NCBI GenBank assembly: GCA_032718475.1
Contig: JAUCBJ010003704.1
Coordinates: 18,261 to 82,260, forward strand
Direction: 5' to 3'
DNA length: 64,000 bases
Origin: Nemertoderma westbladi
Taxonomy: Eukaryota; Animalia; Xenacoelomorpha
Shown: positions 60,601-64,000 of the stretch, in pieces
Layout: every line of letters starts with the position of its first letter
Position numbering within the stretch: the stretch's first letter is position 1
Notes under the pieces: model-generated
Database searches by the model: none
What the model was told of the DNA's origin: nothing
The model's input: only the letters and a program-made list of their open reading frames with translations
Position numbers and translations under genes: made by a program

Positions 60601-61979
60601 TAAAGAAGTCAATAAAAATCTTTGTTAAAAACTCTGTAAATATCATTCAAAGCGTCTGCAATGGATTTCTCGTGCTTCTTTGCACAATAAGCTCCTAAAA
60701 CGGCTTTGAATCTCTAAAAGTTCCGTGCTATATTTTCCCTTATTGTTTTGGTTCCCGGCTGATATTAAATATTTCCCACTAGAACACGGTCCTTCAATGA
60801 CTTGTTATTTACGGACATCCACAACCTTTCAATATAGTGCAAAAACACAGTGATTTATGTTCTTCCCAAGATGTATATTGCTCCCTTCTGGCATATAAAA
60901 ATAGTGTACTGTAACATCATAGAAAAACCTCTGGGATGAGGAAAAAGGAGAAACCGGGTGAGGGGTGCTTTGGGTCCGTTAGGATCCAAGTATAGCCTCC
61001 AAAATAATCCAAATAATCCAAAATATACAGGAAATACAGTATTTTAGTCGTTTCGTTATTCTAAAAATACACTGAAAAAATATATATGGAAAAAACGTCT
61101 AAACGTCATGTAAAATCGTAGAACGTCGTGAAAAGTCGTAATAAACTTGGTACAGCTTCACGCTATTGGAACTTGGCGATAGTGCAGAACACCAGGTTAC
61201 CGTCTGAGTCCAAACAGGGGTGGGACCGATTGGACGAAAACGGTTAGCTGTTACTTTGTCCTCAAAACTACACGGTCGATCCCGGCGAGCCTGGGATGAG
61301 CCGTATAGCCAACGAACAGAGTGCACAAGAACTACCGCAACTGACGGTCTAAACCTATAGGGACACTGCCACTTTGCCCCCAACACTAAATAGTCAGTCC
61401 TGGGACGAACTAAGTAGCCAGTGGACAGAGTGCGCGAGCGCTCTGGGGCTAGTTAGCCCCTTTTAAACCCGGTGTAGGGTCGATATGATGTTGACCCCTA
61501 ATTATCACCTAAACAGAGTTTGTCTTTCTAGTGCAGAGATTTTACTTTCAAACCATGTAAAATATAATTAATACGTGGTTGTTTGACTTACCAATAACTG
61601 ATTATTAATGAACGCAATAGAGTTTGAAGGTGACCAATTATTCCTTTATTAATAACTGGGTGAGGGTGATAGGGGGTGAGGTTGGCGTATTAAGGGGCCA
61701 ATGAGAGAAAGGAGGGGGATTGTGTGGTTACCTCCTTTATTGGATTGCAATGATTCGTGGGGGAGTAGCCGGCAATATTGGTTAGATATGGTGGGTGAGG
61801 CCAGCTAAGGATGTCTGGGATGGAAATATGTCGTAATATTGGATATAATCGGAGAGAAATATTACGACGGGAAAGGGGGAAAAAGGGAATAATTGTGTAG
61901 TGATTATTGCATTTTTAAATTAGAATCCCGACGGAGTGTATTTTTTATGTTTGCCTACGGAGGCTCGAAAAATCGATCA

Positions 61980-62400
61980 CAGCGCCAGAATAGGCTCAAT
62001 GGTCACATGACCATTGCGGAGCCGTTTTGGTTCCCACATAACATCATCTTAATTGGATCCCCTAGGGGATATAATATAATTCTATGGTATATCTTTGCGG
62101 TAATCCAGATCAACGAGTTTCCAGGAAAATATCCATAGATTGTTAGGTTGCCCTTCTTGGGGACTGGGACCAACATATTTGTTTTAATTTCTTATGGAAC
62201 TCTCTCAGTTTATACATGTTTATGATAATTGGATGAATGTGCTCCAAATCCTAAGGATTTTTAAAGAACTCAGGGGAACGCGTCCACTGGCACGATTGGT
62301 CTTGATGCTCTTTTTAGAAGTCTTGATTTCAGCCGACCTGAAACTGGTGATGAGAACTGCCATATGTTTAATAACCACTGGCAGAGCACGTTTAGAAATA
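61980..62400 (-). pseudogene. Highly degraded RTE-like RT N-terminal fragment
   Basis: Minus-strand LVPVPKKGNL...NSLIWITAKIYHRI resembles the IPxPKKGDL...RGISLxSIxAKxYNRI motif. Confidence 0.55.
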
Positions 62401-64000
62401 GTAGATCCAGTACTCCTCCCATATGTGAGTCCAGACTGGTATCTAACTGTGGGGACCCAAATCTCTGGATGGCACATACACAAGGATACTGCCCCGGGTT
62501 ATCCATACAGATTGACTACATCATTGAGGATGAGGAGCCCTCAAAAAAGTTTGTAAACATTTTTTGTGTGGATTTGTATAATTATTTTGACGATATATTG
62601 AAGTTCAATTCTCGTTGACTCACATATAGTCCTATAGAGTAGTAAGTAGTACAAAAGCAGTTTATATACCGTATAGAGTACAAAAGCAGTTTATACACTG
62701 CTTTCTATATTTACACTGTGCGACCCCACAGTATAAAATATAGTCGCTATACAACGGCAGACTTTACTTCTCTTTTATTGCGATTCCTTTTACATTGTAA
62801 GAACATCGCCGCCAGGACTGGATCCTCAACCATCACACAGATGATATCCAGAGACTCCTTGTCAAACACTTGTACAACGTTGTAAAAATCGCCAGAGAAC
62901 TTATCAGGAACACGTCCAACGAATAATCCAACAAGTTGCTCATTACCATTGCTGTCTTTAGAGAAAGCTCCGGCTCCGTTGAAATAAGACGGTAGTAGGT
63001 CGGACGGATCAACTTTACTAGCTAAGAGCTTCGGTTCGCCTCCAGGGCTGGTGAGGACAATTCTTTCTTTATTGATCTCTGAAGTTTCAATAGTAACTTC
63101 TTCCTATAAAAAAATTAGGCCTATATTTGTTACTGCGCATGTTATATCACTTCCTATCAACACCCTCGCCCATCGCTTCCATATACCTACCAACTCCACA
63201 CCCCTCACCACGCTCCTACCGCTTCCACATACCAAGGCACTCCACATAATATAACAATCCCGCACCATATTCCTTTCCATCACCCCCACCCAGACCAACT
63301 CCAGCACTTGCACAACCACATACCGAAACTCCCCCCCCCCCCCACCACTCACACCTCACCACATCATGCCGGCACCTCGCCCATCCATGCACTGAATCCA
63401 ATATAAATCATAAATAAACCTGGATTTTTGTATTAAATCCGCTTGCAGCAGCCAAAACAACATCTCCGTGATATAAGTCGTTGGCGATCGGTGTCGCTAG
63501 TTTAGGAAAGACTCCGGTGTGCGCCACAGATTCCACAATAGAAATCAAACCCAAATCAGTTAGAAGAGATTTCTTCCCGTATCTATACTTCATAATATAC
63601 TCCTGGGTTACAAACTCCTGTGTGACGTAATTACATTTTTGTTAAATCGCGTTTTGAAGAACATAATTTCATAGATCCACTCCTTCAGGAATGGGAATTT
63701 AACAATGCCGATCAAAATAAGTAAATATGATCTAGTGAAAAAAAAGCATTTTAACAATGTAATGCTGTAGTTTGGCTTAGAGTTTAGAATTTAAAGCTAT
63801 AAACTTGGTTTAATCATTTTTATTCATTCAACATCAAACTGGTCAAACCGGCTCTTTATCATTGGAGCTCTGCTCGGGTTCTTGCAGCTATTATTAGTTT
63901 GTTAGTAGTATACAATTGGCCGGCTTTGCGACACTTGGATCTAACTGACTGGCGCCAGACTGTCTGGGTGACACCCAATGTCACCCTATGGCTGTCATTG

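Overview
AT-rich eukaryotic (metazoan-like) genomic DNA dominated by nested transposons. One clear host gene is present: a 4-exon PACRG-like gene (PACRGL, minus strand, 5264-12896, 210 aa, all GT-AG introns). The rest is at least four BEL/Pao LTR-retrotransposon families, RTE-type and other LINE fragments, a piggyBac end, hAT/MULE-like MITEs, a foldback element and tandem repeats. A ~21.7-kb BEL/Pao element (16965-38651) has a long structured leader and an extra degraded ORF in the env position. It is interrupted by a young non-autonomous LTR element (25412-32140) and abuts an inverted chimeric paralogue (38652-45675). The most striking signal is in the nested element and its relative at 53481-58880. 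Neither has a tRNA primer-binding site. In each, the sequence right after the 5' LTR is complementary to the predicted 5' end of its own transcript, with compensatory base changes between the two copies. This suggests Tf1-like tRNA-independent self-priming in a BEL/Pao lineage. All calls were made by eye, without database searches.
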